Shown: piece after piece, positions 1 through 8,552 of the stretch | Numbering within the stretch: the first letter of the stretch is position 1 | Layout: every line of letters begins with the position of its first letter | From: Edaphobacter aggregans | GTDB lineage: Bacteria > Acidobacteriota > Terriglobia > Terriglobales > Acidobacteriaceae | Assembly (NCBI RefSeq): GCF_003945235.1 | Contig: NZ_RSDW01000001.1 | Location: forward strand, 4,560,001-4,592,000 | Direction: 5' to 3' | DNA length: 32,000 nucleotides | Translations under genes and position numbers: made by a program | Notes under the pieces: generated by a model | Seen by the model: only the letters and a program-made list of their open reading frames with translations | Told to the model about the DNA's origin: nothing | Database searches by the model: none

Positions 1-1
1 A

Positions 2-163
2 CGGGCGGTGGAGAGCGAGGATGGGATGACGGCGGATTGGGCTCCGCTGCCTTATGAAGTACTTAGGACGATCTCGAGCCGGATTGTGAGCGAGGTTCGG
101 GGGATCAATCGAGTTGTGTATGACATTACCTCGAAGCCACCAGGGACGATTGAGTGGGAGTGA
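2..163 (+). CDS. guaA: GMP synthase (glutamine-hydrolysing), C-terminal fragment; the 5' part lies outside the window
   Basis: Frame-2 translation ends ...[38 protein letters not shown], stop at 161-163. This matches the highly conserved GuaA C-terminus (E. coli ends ...[20 protein letters not shown]). Confidence 0.85.
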   Translation, partial: RAVESEDGMTADWAPLPYEVLRTISSRIVSEVRGINRVVYDITSKPPGTIEWE

Positions 164-311
164 GTGGGGAAATTGTCTGCTCTTCTGCCTGTAAAGTGCT
201 GCAAGTATTGAAGGGAATAAATTTACCCACTTTGTACCAATTTCTTTCACGTTGACCGTGCGGATGGACCTCCCATAGTCTTAAGAGGTTCTCTGGAGGT
301 TTTTTCGCTTA

Positions 312-926
312 ATGGGCCTTTCAATTCGCTCTCTTGTCCTTGTTTCTGCTTTGGCACTTCCTATCGCTGCACATGCAGATACCTTTGCAGGATCGGCAGT
401 TTTTACCGATTCCACCACTACTAACGACATCACGTTTACTGGATCGTTCCAGAATCCGACTTTCAACTTTACCGGCGGCACTAATTTCGTCTACAGCGAT
501 AACTTGGCGATTACTGCAAGCAGTTCGCAAGGCGGGAACGGAAACATCAATCCGATGCCGCCGGACGATGTTCTTTCGATTTTGCTAACGTTTACCAGTC
601 CGAACGGTACCACGGGGACGGTCAACGGCAGCGGTACAATCACGGGTCATGTGAGTGCTGCGACTGGCGAGATCGATTGGACTCCCACGACCATCAATTT
701 CACGGATGGTTCCCAGTTGCTGGCTTCTATTCTCAACTTCAATTTTTCGGGCGCTGATCTCAGCGACGGCAAAACAGTAACGCTCACGGGTCCCCTGGAT
801 CTCACGGTAGTTACCGACGGCAGTCTTAAGAGCACCAGTCCTACCCCTGAGCCGGGCAGCATTGCTCTTCTGAGCACGGGTCTGTTGGCTGCGGCTGGCG
901 CTGTTCGCAGAAAGCTCCGAGTCTGA
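312..926 (+). CDS. PEP-CTERM sorting-domain secreted protein
   Basis: N-terminal signal peptide MGLSIRSLVLVSALALPIAAHA. C-terminus is PTPEPGSIALLSTGLLAAAGAVRRKLRV (PEP motif, hydrophobic helix, basic tail). GGAGG lies at 294-298 upstream of the ATG. Visibly more AT-rich than its neighbours. Confidence 0.85.
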   Translation: MGLSIRSLVLVSALALPIAAHADTFAGSAVFTDSTTTNDITFTGSFQNPTFNFTGGTNFVYSDNLAITASSSQGGNGNINPMPPDDVLSILLTFTSPNGTTGTVNGSGTITGHVSAATGEIDWTPTTINFTDGSQLLASILNFNFSGADLSDGKTVTLTGPLDLTVVTDGSLKSTSPTPEPGSIALLSTGLLAAAGAVRRKLRV

Positions 927-975
927 CAGAACTGCTTCGAAAGTTCCCATGATATGGGGAACTCAGGAAATGAAA

Positions 976-1010
976 GATGCCGCGGATATTGTCCGCGGCA
1001 TCTTTGTTTT
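976..1010 (+). terminator. Rho-independent terminator of the PEP-CTERM gene
   Basis: Perfect 11-bp stem GATGCCGCGGA / TCCGCGGCATC (976-986 and 992-1002), 5-nt loop, followed by TTTGTTTT. Confidence 0.8.
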
Positions 1011-1074
1011 GGAGAGTTGCTATCGTGGGCTTCGAGCGAACCGGCTCCGATCTTGATTGAGGTACGGGAGTAGG

Positions 1075-2427
1075 CTAGTGGGGTTCGGGCTTTAGGATGG
1101 CGGAGCTGCGTGGGGTGGTTTGGAGGACCAGTCGGGTGTCTTTGGCGAAGGTGACCTCCTTGCCTCGGGCTATACAGCGGCGGTAGATGGAGACTGCGGT
1201 GCCGTACGCTCCAATGCCGGTTGCGATCTTCGCGGAGCCTCCGGCCAGGCCAATGATATTGCCGGCGAAGCCGAAGCCGTTGGCGCCGACGAAATTTTTA
1301 CCTGCCAGACTATCCGTGGTGTCGTCGCGATCCTGATCTAGAGGGCGGGTGGCGAGGAATGCGAGGATGAGTGGGACGACGATCTTATCCTGAGGCTTGG
1401 GTTTGACGTTGCCTTCGGAGTCCATGGCCAGTTGGCCAGAGGAGGCGGAGTCTACGCCAGTAAGGGCTGCCTGGACGTTTTCAGATTGGCCGCCGGGGAG
1501 GACGATCTGTTTGAAGTCGAAGCGAAGAACTCCGGCGCGAGCGAAGGAGCGGGCATGCTTTGCCTGCGTGATTGCGCCGATGATGGTTGCACCCTCGGGT
1601 ACGGCGATGGTGTGGTCGGCGTTATAGACGGGCTCGGCGACGATGGCGTGGACGATCTGACCCGATTTGGCGGTGGCTGAGGTCAGCTGGTCACTCAGGT
1701 AGGCCTGGATGATCCATGTGGGGCGGCCTCCCTTTTCGGCTGCGATCGTGGTTACTTGCGGTGGGGGATCTGTTGGTTTCGATGTGGCGGGGGCGGCGGG
1801 GGCTGGTGCCGGTTGGGGTGGGATGGAGAGGGGTTCGGTGGTTTCGACGGTCCAGGTGGTGCCGTTTTCGATGCGCTCGGGGTGATAGGGGAGCTGGTGA
1901 TAGACGAACTGCACGAGGCGGTCGGTTTTGCCGGGAGCGGTGAAGACGGCGGTCTGCTCGTGGAGGATCTCCATGCCCTGGTCCCACTCTTTATGAATGA
2001 AGCCGCCTTTGTGGGGTGGGGGGGCGGTGAGGCGCAGGATGGGGGCGCCATCGGTGGCGGGACCGGTGGCGATGGGGAGCGCGGTGCCGTCGGCGAGGAT
2101 GATCTGGGTGAAGTGGACGATGGGGATGTGGTACGGGGTGAAGTCGCCGTTGACGCGGGCATTGACGCGGCGGGAGTGGTTGGAGCGCAACTCGGTAACG
2201 GTGCCGGTGACGATGGTCTTCGCGGGGAGGATCAGGGTGTTGTCAGCGTAGACCGGGTAGATAAGTTCGGCGCGGATGGGTTGCCCGGCGCGCATGGGCA
2301 GATGGTCAGTGGTCTGGACGGGTAGAGGCGTTTTGGTGGGGAGCGTTGCAGCGGGCGTTTGGCACAGAGCGAGGGGCGAAAGCAGGAGAGACAGGAGAAG
2401 CGATGGTTGAGCGCGGCCGAGAGTCAT
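1075..2427 (-). CDS. Hypothetical secreted protein with two related beta-rich modules, a Pro-rich linker and a C-terminal glycine zipper
   Basis: ORF 1075..2538. I prefer the internal ATG at 2425-2427, which yields the signal peptide MTLGRAQPSLLLSLLLSPLALCQTPAA. Internal repeat: AGQPIRAELIYPVYADNTLILPAKTIVTGTVTEL versus SGQIVHAIVAEPVYNADHTIAVPEGATIIGAITQA. C-terminus contains GANGFGFAGNIIGLAGGSAKIATGIGAYG. I cannot assign a family with confidence. Confidence 0.6.
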   Translation of the reverse strand: MTLGRAQPSLLLSLLLSPLALCQTPAATLPTKTPLPVQTTDHLPMRAGQPIRAELIYPVYADNTLILPAKTIVTGTVTELRSNHSRRVNARVNGDFTPYHIPIVHFTQIILADGTALPIATGPATDGAPILRLTAPPPHKGGFIHKEWDQGMEILHEQTAVFTAPGKTDRLVQFVYHQLPYHPERIENGTTWTVETTEPLSIPPQPAPAPAAPATSKPTDPPPQVTTIAAEKGGRPTWIIQAYLSDQLTSATAKSGQIVHAIVAEPVYNADHTIAVPEGATIIGAITQAKHARSFARAGVLRFDFKQIVLPGGQSENVQAALTGVDSASSGQLAMDSEGNVKPKPQDKIVVPLILAFLATRPLDQDRDDTTDSLAGKNFVGANGFGFAGNIIGLAGGSAKIATGIGAYGTAVSIYRRCIARGKEVTFAKDTRLVLQTTPRSSAILKPEPH

Positions 2428-2535
2428 TTGAGTGGAGGATAGTTCTAGTAGATGAAGACAGGCTGAAGGTGGAACGGGATGCTCCACGTGGTGTATCAAT
2501 CGACATCTCTCGCTCTCCTTTCGTAAGCTTCTTTG

Positions 2536-2566
2536 CAAAGAAAAACGGAACCTGAATGCAGGCTCC
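2536..2566 (-). terminator. Rho-independent terminator downstream of the lacD-like gene
   Basis: Minus-strand RNA GGAGCCUG-CAUU-CAGGUUCC forms an 8-bp stem with one G-U pair (2547-2566). It is followed by GUUUUUCUUU. Confidence 0.7.
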
Positions 2567-2616
2567 GCTTTATCTTCTGCTGATAGTTGAGGCTTTATCA
2601 GTTTGACGGTGCTAAG

Positions 2617-3627
2617 TTAGCCGAGTTCGGCGAGGCTGTTGGCTCCGAACTTGAGGTACCAGGGGCTGGCGGCTTTGAGGGCGTTGTTGACGTTATTGAT
2701 GTTTTCGACGCCGGTGGTTTCGAGCCATTGCTTGAAGGCTGCGGCGCCCTTCTGGGCGTAGATGGGGATGCCGTCCTTCCAGGTCGCGCGGCCGCAGAGG
2801 ACTCCGTTGAACTTGGTTCCGGATTCACCGGCCAGTTCGAGGGTCTCGATGAAGACGGGGTTGGACACGCCGGCGGAGAGGTAGATGAAGGGCTTGTGGG
2901 TCATGGCCTCGGCGTCGCGGAAGTGTTGGAGGGCCTGGGCGCGGGTGTAGGCTTTCTCGCCCTTGAAGGAGCGGGTGCCTTCGACGTGGGTCATTTCGAC
3001 GGGGACTTCGACCTTGAGGACGTCGACGTTGTAGCGGGCCTTGCCGAACTCGGCCATGGAGCCTGAGACGATCTCGGGCTTCTTTTTGGCATAGGCTACG
3101 GACTTTTCGTCACCGCCATCGGCGTCGTAGCCGACGAACTCGAGGAAGAAAGGGATGTCGTGGGTGAGGCACTCGTCGCCGATGCGCTCGATCCAGGCAT
3201 GCTTGAGGTCATTGACGCTCGTTTTTTCGAAGGGGGTGTAGTAGAGGAGGATCTTGATGCAGTCGGCTCCGGCTTCCTTGAGGCGGCGGACGCTCCATAC
3301 GTCGAGGAGGTCGGGGAGGCGGCCGGGGGTGGTGGCGTCGTAGCCGGTTTTCTCATAGGCGAGGAGGAGGCCCTTGCCGTTACGGTGCTTGGAGGCGGGG
3401 AGGCCGTACTCGGGGTCGAGGAGGATGGCGGAGGCGTGGCGGGTGAGGACCTCGGTGACGAGGCTCTTGAACTCCTCAAGATCATGGGCGTCGGCGGCTG
3501 CTCCACGCTCCTTGGCGAGGGACTTCTGTAGGGAGCCACGCTGGTCCATGGCTGCGGCGGCGATGACGCCTTGATGGTCGGATACAGCCTTGAGTCCGGC
3601 GAGTTTACCTGGGGTCAGCTTCGACAT
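2617..3627 (-). CDS. lacD: Tagatose-1,6-bisphosphate aldolase, class I (LacD family)
   Basis: The 336-aa product aligns along its length with remembered staphylococcal/streptococcal LacD. Shared motifs include DQRGSL, ILLDPEYGLPAS, GLLLAYEKTGYD, RLPD, DIPFFLE, NVDVLKVEVPV, YLSAGVS and KFNGVLCGRATW. AGGAG precedes the ATG. Confidence 0.9.
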   Translation of the reverse strand: MSKLTPGKLAGLKAVSDHQGVIAAAAMDQRGSLQKSLAKERGAAADAHDLEEFKSLVTEVLTRHASAILLDPEYGLPASKHRNGKGLLLAYEKTGYDATTPGRLPDLLDVWSVRRLKEAGADCIKILLYYTPFEKTSVNDLKHAWIERIGDECLTHDIPFFLEFVGYDADGGDEKSVAYAKKKPEIVSGSMAEFGKARYNVDVLKVEVPVEMTHVEGTRSFKGEKAYTRAQALQHFRDAEAMTHKPFIYLSAGVSNPVFIETLELAGESGTKFNGVLCGRATWKDGIPIYAQKGAAAFKQWLETTGVENINNVNNALKAASPWYLKFGANSLAELG

Positions 3628-3795
3628 GCGTTGAATCTCCTAAGTTTGTGTCTAGGGGGCCATTTTACACAGCGGTTGTTACGTTATGCATCTTTGGCGG
3701 TTTGGGGATTTGATCTGGTATCCCCTGCCTGGACTTGAAGTCCTAAAGTATTCATTTATAAGATCATAAGTTTGGACTTCGCTTGGGTACGTATT

Positions 3796-3826
3796 CCAAA
3801 AAGGACACCCGGTGGTGCCCGGGTGT
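3796..3826 (-). terminator. Rho-independent terminator of the 5333->3917 operon
   Basis: Minus-strand RNA ACACCCGG-GCACCA-CCGGGUGU forms an 8-bp stem followed by CCUUUUUGG. It lies about 90 nt after the stop at 3917. Confidence 0.7.
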
Positions 3827-3916
3827 TTTCCTGGTCTTCTATGTCAAGTACGGCCTGATCCTCCGCCTTCGGCGAAGGATGACGAACAAAAGGACAAACA
3901 ATAAAGCAAACGAAGA

Positions 3917-4483
3917 CTAAGCAGGGTTGGGGGCGTCGCCGTCGACTGTTACGGTTGCTTGGGCGAGGCGTCGTAGGAGTTTTCGGCGGCGTGCGAGTGG
4001 GGGCCAGCTGTAGAGGAAGATGTTTGATGGATGCCAGATCGCGACCCAGCCGAAGATGACGAAACTCTCCTGCAGGATTTGGGAGAGAGGGCCTTCTTTT
4101 AGGGTGCTTCCGATGAGCCACGCCGATACGAGACAGAACGAGAGAACGATGAGTGCGACAAGCGCGGCGAGGCGGCCTGTCTTGAACAGTTCACGCATCT
4201 CGCTGGACATGGCATCGGCCTTATGGGCGAAATAACCCTTGATTGCGCCGGCGATGTCAGATGCGGATGATTGCGAAAACTCGTCCCAGGGGAGATGGAT
4301 GACAATTTCTATGGGAACGGTCTTTGGCAGCTCCAACGCCCAGTTGACGATGTACTCTTCAGCCTCTCGTGCGAGGTCGCTTTCACGGAACGGTGAAGGG
4401 TCCAATGTATGGAATAACTGCGATGCCTTTTGCAGCTTCAGCTCGATCCGTCCTGTGGGTGCGGCCGTCGATGCATGGCTCAT
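3917..4483 (-). CDS. Hypothetical membrane protein: soluble N-terminal domain plus two predicted TM helices
   Basis: ORF 3917..4522. Start is either 4522 or, as I prefer, the ATG at 4481-4483 (MSHASTAAPTGRIELK...). Hydrophobic segments are LAALVALIVLSFCLVSAWLIG and FVIFGWVAIWHPSNIFLY. It lies 4-44 nt after the upstream gene, so co-transcription is likely. Confidence 0.6.
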   Translation of the reverse strand: MSHASTAAPTGRIELKLQKASQLFHTLDPSPFRESDLAREAEEYIVNWALELPKTVPIEIVIHLPWDEFSQSSASDIAGAIKGYFAHKADAMSSEMRELFKTGRLAALVALIVLSFCLVSAWLIGSTLKEGPLSQILQESFVIFGWVAIWHPSNIFLYSWPPLARRRKLLRRLAQATVTVDGDAPNPA

Positions 4484-4526
4484 GTCAGGGTTCCCATCTG
4501 TGCGTCGTCCGCAATCGACCAAGCAA

Positions 4527-5333
4527 TTATTGGGACGCTACTCCTGAGGCGACTGGCTTTGATTCGGCCATAGTGTAGCCGCTGGGCATCTCAAAGAGGC
4601 TGGGTTCGGGTTCGCCCTGGGTCAGTTCAGTTACCTTGAAGCGCTGGGTGCCGTATCTGCCGTCGCTGAGGCTGGAGAGCAGGTTGAAGCCCAGCTTCTC
4701 CGAGTACCAGAACTCTCGCACGATGGAGAGTGGGCGGTCGTTGCCGACGACACCGATGTTGAGCGTTGTGGTGTCACGCATGCCGATTGTCGGTGCGCCG
4801 GCAACCATATCTTCTCCCAGGCGTTCGTGGGTGTAGGTGCCATCGTTGTTGGGGAGTTGTCCGGATCTTTCGGGGGAGGGTTTGTAGAGCATCTCTGTGG
4901 TTTCACGGTAGGGCTCGAGGATGCACTTGTGGTTTCTGGCGCTGCAGGTCATCGCGGTGTGATTTACCGGGTCTGCGATCTGAATGTAGGACATTCGCGA
5001 TTTGATTTTGCTGCCTTTTGGTGCGAGCAGCCATCGTTCCTGATAGACGCGTCCACTGCTGTCGCGGGCGATCCGCCGCCGGTTAGCCAGCGTCCACGTG
5101 CCGCCCTCGGCCAGAGGTCTGATCCACTCGGTTTCAAGCATGAAGGAGAAGGGAGCCTTGGCGATGGGCGGGATGTTGAGACTTTGCAGCACCTCGTCGG
5201 TGCCTCCGTCGCGCGTCACGACTGTGGGTGGGGTGTTTTGGGTCTGGTCGGTTTGTGCCGATGCGTTAGGCGTGGCTGCCTGCACGCCGAAGATTGTCAG
5301 TGTAACGAGGAACGGAATCAACTTCCAGCGCAT
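4527..5333 (-). CDS. Hypothetical secreted protein
   Basis: 268-aa ORF with signal peptide MRWKLIPFLVTLTIFGVQAATPNASAQ. No motif I recognise. Confidence 0.65.
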   Translation of the reverse strand: MRWKLIPFLVTLTIFGVQAATPNASAQTDQTQNTPPTVVTRDGGTDEVLQSLNIPPIAKAPFSFMLETEWIRPLAEGGTWTLANRRRIARDSSGRVYQERWLLAPKGSKIKSRMSYIQIADPVNHTAMTCSARNHKCILEPYRETTEMLYKPSPERSGQLPNNDGTYTHERLGEDMVAGAPTIGMRDTTTLNIGVVGNDRPLSIVREFWYSEKLGFNLLSSLSDGRYGTQRFKVTELTQGEPEPSLFEMPSGYTMAESKPVASGVASQ

Positions 5334-5450
5334 ACGCTAGCTCTCCCCGCAAAAGAATATGCAGATTTAGAACAGCTTAGGGTTCCACAGCGCGAACGCC
5401 TTCACTCTATCTCGAATTGCTTCGGGAGAGATGAAAAATATGTCGACAAG

Positions 5451-6071
5451 TTATAAGGCATGAGCTGTGGCGGCTTCGATGTGTGGCTCCAGCGGGCCTG
5501 CGGCCTGGAGGATAGGGGCGATGAGTCGCAGAATGGCGTGGACGGCTTCCTCGGCTGGCGGGTGGTCTGGAGTGTAGAACCACTGCTTGACGGCTCCATA
5601 GATGGCCCATGCAGCGGTGGTGGCGATCATCTCGGGTGAGAGGGCTGGGCTTGCGTGATGATCGCGGACGCCCTCGATGAGGACGCGGCGGATGGCGGCG
5701 ACCATGGCGGATTCCATGAGAGGCTCGAAGGCGTTGTGGCGGGTGCAGTCGCCAGTATGGATCTGGGTGAGGTAGTCGCAGGCCGCGAGGATGATTGCGC
5801 TGGCGGCTGAGGGACAGGTGCCGTCGAAAAGGACGTTGCGCTCGTGGAGGAGCTTGTGGAAGCCGCCGGCGACCATAGCCTCGTGGAGGGCGAACTTGTC
5901 GTTGTAGTGGTCGTAGAAGGTGGCGCGATTGACGGTGGCGGCGTCAGTGATGTCCTGTACGGAGATCTCGTCCAAGTTCTTTGTTTGCATTAGGTCGCGG
6001 AGGGCTCCCTGAAGGAGTTGGCGTGTGCGACGGATTCGTGGATCTCGTACTTCGCAGTCTGAAATCGGCAT
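5451..6071 (-). CDS. TetR/AcrR family transcriptional regulator
   Basis: The N-terminal HTH region RTRQLLQGALRDLMQTKNLDEISVQDITDAATVNRATFYDHYNDKFAL is the TetR_N signature. The gene is divergent from azoR. Confidence 0.9.
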   Translation of the reverse strand: MPISDCEVRDPRIRRTRQLLQGALRDLMQTKNLDEISVQDITDAATVNRATFYDHYNDKFALHEAMVAGGFHKLLHERNVLFDGTCPSAASAIILAACDYLTQIHTGDCTRHNAFEPLMESAMVAAIRRVLIEGVRDHHASPALSPEMIATTAAWAIYGAVKQWFYTPDHPPAEEAVHAILRLIAPILQAAGPLEPHIEAATAHAL

Positions 6072-6120
6072 GGGCTTCTCTCTTATTAGAGGGTCTTTGG
6101 AGAAAAAAGAATCTTTAAAC

Positions 6121-6157
6121 CGACAGATGTTGTCTTATAAGTGCGACAAGTGTTGTT
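6121..6157. promoter_or_regulatory. Candidate TetR operator pair in the tetR/azoR divergent promoter region
   Basis: Two near-identical 14-mers, CGACAGATGTTGTC (6121-6134) and CGACAAGTGTTGTT (6144-6157), start 23 bp apart. Each contains a GACA..TGT(C/T) imperfect dyad. The regulatory role is inferred only. Confidence 0.3.
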
Positions 6158-6191
6158 TATGCTTCGGTCGTCGCCAAAAGGAGATTTGATT

Positions 6192-6812
6192 ATGCCTACT
6201 CTACTGCATGTGGACTCAAGTCCGTTAGAAAGTTCTGTCAGCCGCGAGCTAACGCGTGAGTTCGTGAAGACGTGGAAGGCTGCGCACCCGGATGGGAAGG
6301 TGATCGGGCGTGATCTGGCTAAGTTTGCTCCGAAGCCTCTGGATGCAGCTTGGATTGGAGCAGCGTATACATCAGAGGCTGGGCGGACGGTGGAGCAGAA
6401 TGAGACGCTTGCGCTGTCGGAGGAGTTGATTGGCGAGTTGCAGGCGGCGGATGAGTATGTGTTCGGCGTGTCGATGCATAACTTTTCGATTCCTGCGGCG
6501 CTGAAGCTTTGGATCGACCAAGTGTGCAGGAGCGGCAAGACCTTTGCTTATGGCGAAGGCGGTCCGCAGGGATTGTTGCAGGGTAAGAGGGCGACAGTGC
6601 TGGTGGCCAGCGGCGGTGTGTATGAGCCCGGAACTCCGGCAGGTGCGATGAACTTTGTCGAGCCTTATTTGCGGTCGGTGCTCGGGTTTGTTGGTGTGAC
6701 CGATGTGAAGTTCGTCACAGCGGGCGGCGTGGCGAAGGTCATGATGGGCGCTGTGGATCGCGGGGAATTTTTGAAGCCTGCTCTGGAGCAGGTTCGGGCG
6801 ATTGCAGCGTAA
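6192..6812 (+). CDS. azoR: FMN-dependent NADH-azoreductase
   Basis: MPTLLHVDSSPL... aligns with E. coli AzoR. Shared features: the N-terminal flavodoxin-like motif, LALSEELIGEL, MHNFSIPAALK and the GF(V/I)G(V/I)TDVKFV block. I chose the ATG at 6192, preceded by AAGGAG (6177-6182), rather than the ORF-track start at 6141. Confidence 0.9.
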   Translation: MPTLLHVDSSPLESSVSRELTREFVKTWKAAHPDGKVIGRDLAKFAPKPLDAAWIGAAYTSEAGRTVEQNETLALSEELIGELQAADEYVFGVSMHNFSIPAALKLWIDQVCRSGKTFAYGEGGPQGLLQGKRATVLVASGGVYEPGTPAGAMNFVEPYLRSVLGFVGVTDVKFVTAGGVAKVMMGAVDRGEFLKPALEQVRAIAA

Positions 6813-6828
6813 GGTAGCTGCGTAGGGA

Positions 6829-7866
6829 CTAAATGAGGGAGCGGCCCTCGATGCCGAGGTCGACGTGGAAGAGAGCGTCACGGGTGGCGAGGGCTGCACA
6901 GCCGTCTTCAAGAAAGGCCAGGCCGACGAGGTTGTGGCCGGAGATGGCGAGGGTGGCTTTGTGTTCGGGCGTGATGCGGACGATGCCACGCTGGCCGTGG
7001 AGGCTGGCGGCTACGTAGAGGTTGTCGTCTGCGTCGAAGGCGAGGCCCTGGGCGCGGCCGAGACCTTGGTAGAAGACAGTGGTGTTGCCGTCGCGGTCGA
7101 TGGCGTGGATGGCCTGGTTGCTGGAGGTGGTGGGGCCGGTGACGAAGAGGGTCCCGGCGTCGTTGAAGGCGAGATGGTAGGCGGCGATGCTGGGCTCGAG
7201 GGTGGCGAAGACGAAGATTTCGCGGCTGGGATTGATCTTGAAGATGGTGCCGGAGCGGTCGCCGACGAAGAGGCTGCCGTCGCGGTCGAAGGCGATGCCG
7301 GTAGCGATGCCCATGCCTTCGGCGTAGGTGGAGATGGCTCCCTCGGGGGAGATGCGGTAGACGGTGCCTTCGGCGCGGGAGCTGGCGTAGAGGTAGCCCT
7401 CGGGGTCGAAGGCCAGGCCGGTGGGGTTCATCAAGTCGCGAACGAAGGGTGTGATCTGGAAGTCACGCTGGATTTTGAAGATGGAGACCGGTGTGGTCTG
7501 GCCGCGGGAGCCGGAGAGGGTGGCGAAGACGTTGCCGTCGGCGTCTATGGCGGGATTGGCCACGGGGTGGAGGTTTTCGGCCATTGGGACCGCTACGCGG
7601 AGGTGCAGGGGGTTGGAGGCGGCTCCGTTGCGGTGGAGGACGAGGTCGCCGGAGATGCTGCCCTCGGGGATGCGAACAGCGGCTCGGCTGGGGCGGGATA
7701 GGGTGACGGGAGCGAAGGTGTCGCCGATGGTGGCGTGGGGGATGTAGCGGGTGTGCGGGTCGAGATGAGTGCCGTGGATCTCGACTTCTCCACCGGGCAT
7801 GGCTGCGGCGGGGATGAGGCGGTCGAGATGTGGGGCGTCGGCGGAGGTGGGATGGAATAGGCTCAT
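6829..7866 (-). CDS. IPT/TIG-like domain plus NHL/SMP-30-type six-bladed beta-propeller protein, no signal peptide
   Basis: Repeated blades carry GLAFD/GIAFD motifs: PTGLAFDPEGYLYAS, ATGIAFDRDGSLFVGD, YHLAFNDAGTLFVTG, AQGLAFDADDNLYVA. The N-terminal segment MPGGEVEIHGTHL looks IPT-like. I prefer the start at 7864-7866 (MSLFHPT...) over 7947. Confidence 0.75.
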   Translation of the reverse strand: MSLFHPTSADAPHLDRLIPAAAMPGGEVEIHGTHLDPHTRYIPHATIGDTFAPVTLSRPSRAAVRIPEGSISGDLVLHRNGAASNPLHLRVAVPMAENLHPVANPAIDADGNVFATLSGSRGQTTPVSIFKIQRDFQITPFVRDLMNPTGLAFDPEGYLYASSRAEGTVYRISPEGAISTYAEGMGIATGIAFDRDGSLFVGDRSGTIFKINPSREIFVFATLEPSIAAYHLAFNDAGTLFVTGPTTSSNQAIHAIDRDGNTTVFYQGLGRAQGLAFDADDNLYVAASLHGQRGIVRITPEHKATLAISGHNLVGLAFLEDGCAALATRDALFHVDLGIEGRSLI

Positions 7867-7990
7867 TGCTGGATTTAGGGTATGCGTTGTGCCAATGGGG
7901 TGCAAATGCAAAGGCGTAACAATGATAAAGACGATAAAAGCTGACACGAGGGAAGGTTGGGAGTGTGCCTTTTGGGTTTTGGGTAAGCAG

Positions 7991-8497
7991 TTAAAAAAAG
8001 AGGTGGGCTAGCTGGGCGCAGATGAGGGCGAGGATGCCGGCAGCCACGTCGTCGAGCATGATGCCGGTGCCTTCGGGGAGGCGCTCGAGTTGGCGGATGG
8101 GTGGGGGTTTGAGGATGTCGAAGGCTCGGAAGAGGAGGAGGGATAGCGCGGCGTGGCGCCAGTCTGCGGGGATGGCGATGAGGGCGATGAGCTGGCCGGC
8201 AGCTTCGTCGATGACTACGTGACCCGGGTCTTTGCGGCCGGATTCACGGGCTACGATGGTGGCCGCGGGGATGCCGATCAGGGTGACAGCGATCGCGGCG
8301 ATGATGGTGCCGATGGCTTGCGCGAGAGGCGATGGGTGGAGGAGATGGATGCTGCCGAACCAGAGGAGAAGGGCTGCAATGGAGCCGTAGGTGCCGGGGC
8401 CAGGTTTGAGGAGGCCAGCGCCGAAGAAGGTTCCGAGAGTCCAGGCCCAGAGAGTTTTCTTTTCGGGGAGCTTGGTGAGGGGTATTTGGTTGGCCAT
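7991..8497 (-). CDS. pgpA: Phosphatidylglycerophosphatase A
   Basis: PgpA family motifs: GTFFGAGLLKPGPGTYGS, VIDEAAGQLIAL, FRAFDILKPPPI, GIMLDDVAAG. I prefer the start at 8495-8497 (MANQIPL...). Confidence 0.85.
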   Translation of the reverse strand: MANQIPLTKLPEKKTLWAWTLGTFFGAGLLKPGPGTYGSIAALLLWFGSIHLLHPSPLAQAIGTIIAAIAVTLIGIPAATIVARESGRKDPGHVVIDEAAGQLIALIAIPADWRHAALSLLLFRAFDILKPPPIRQLERLPEGTGIMLDDVAAGILALICAQLAHLFF

Positions 8498-8552
8498 CTT
8501 TCCAGTGATTCTACTTTGAGGGTTTGAAAGACGGTCGAGCTGCGCTCGATGG

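Noticed and set aside
3756-4121. 121-aa minus-strand ORF crossing the lacD-upstream intergenic region
   Set aside because: It runs through a terminator hairpin and overlaps the 3' end of the 3917-4483 gene in another frame. It is Arg/Pro-rich with no start context.
6865-7701. Long Gly/Ala/Val/Glu/Asp-rich plus-strand ORF antisense to the NHL gene; similar cases at 15767-16528, 18244-19161, 24944-25993, 1756-2325 and 2587-3066
   Set aside because: These are antisense shadows of well-supported genes, with GC-skewed codon composition and no motifs. I take none of them to be coding.
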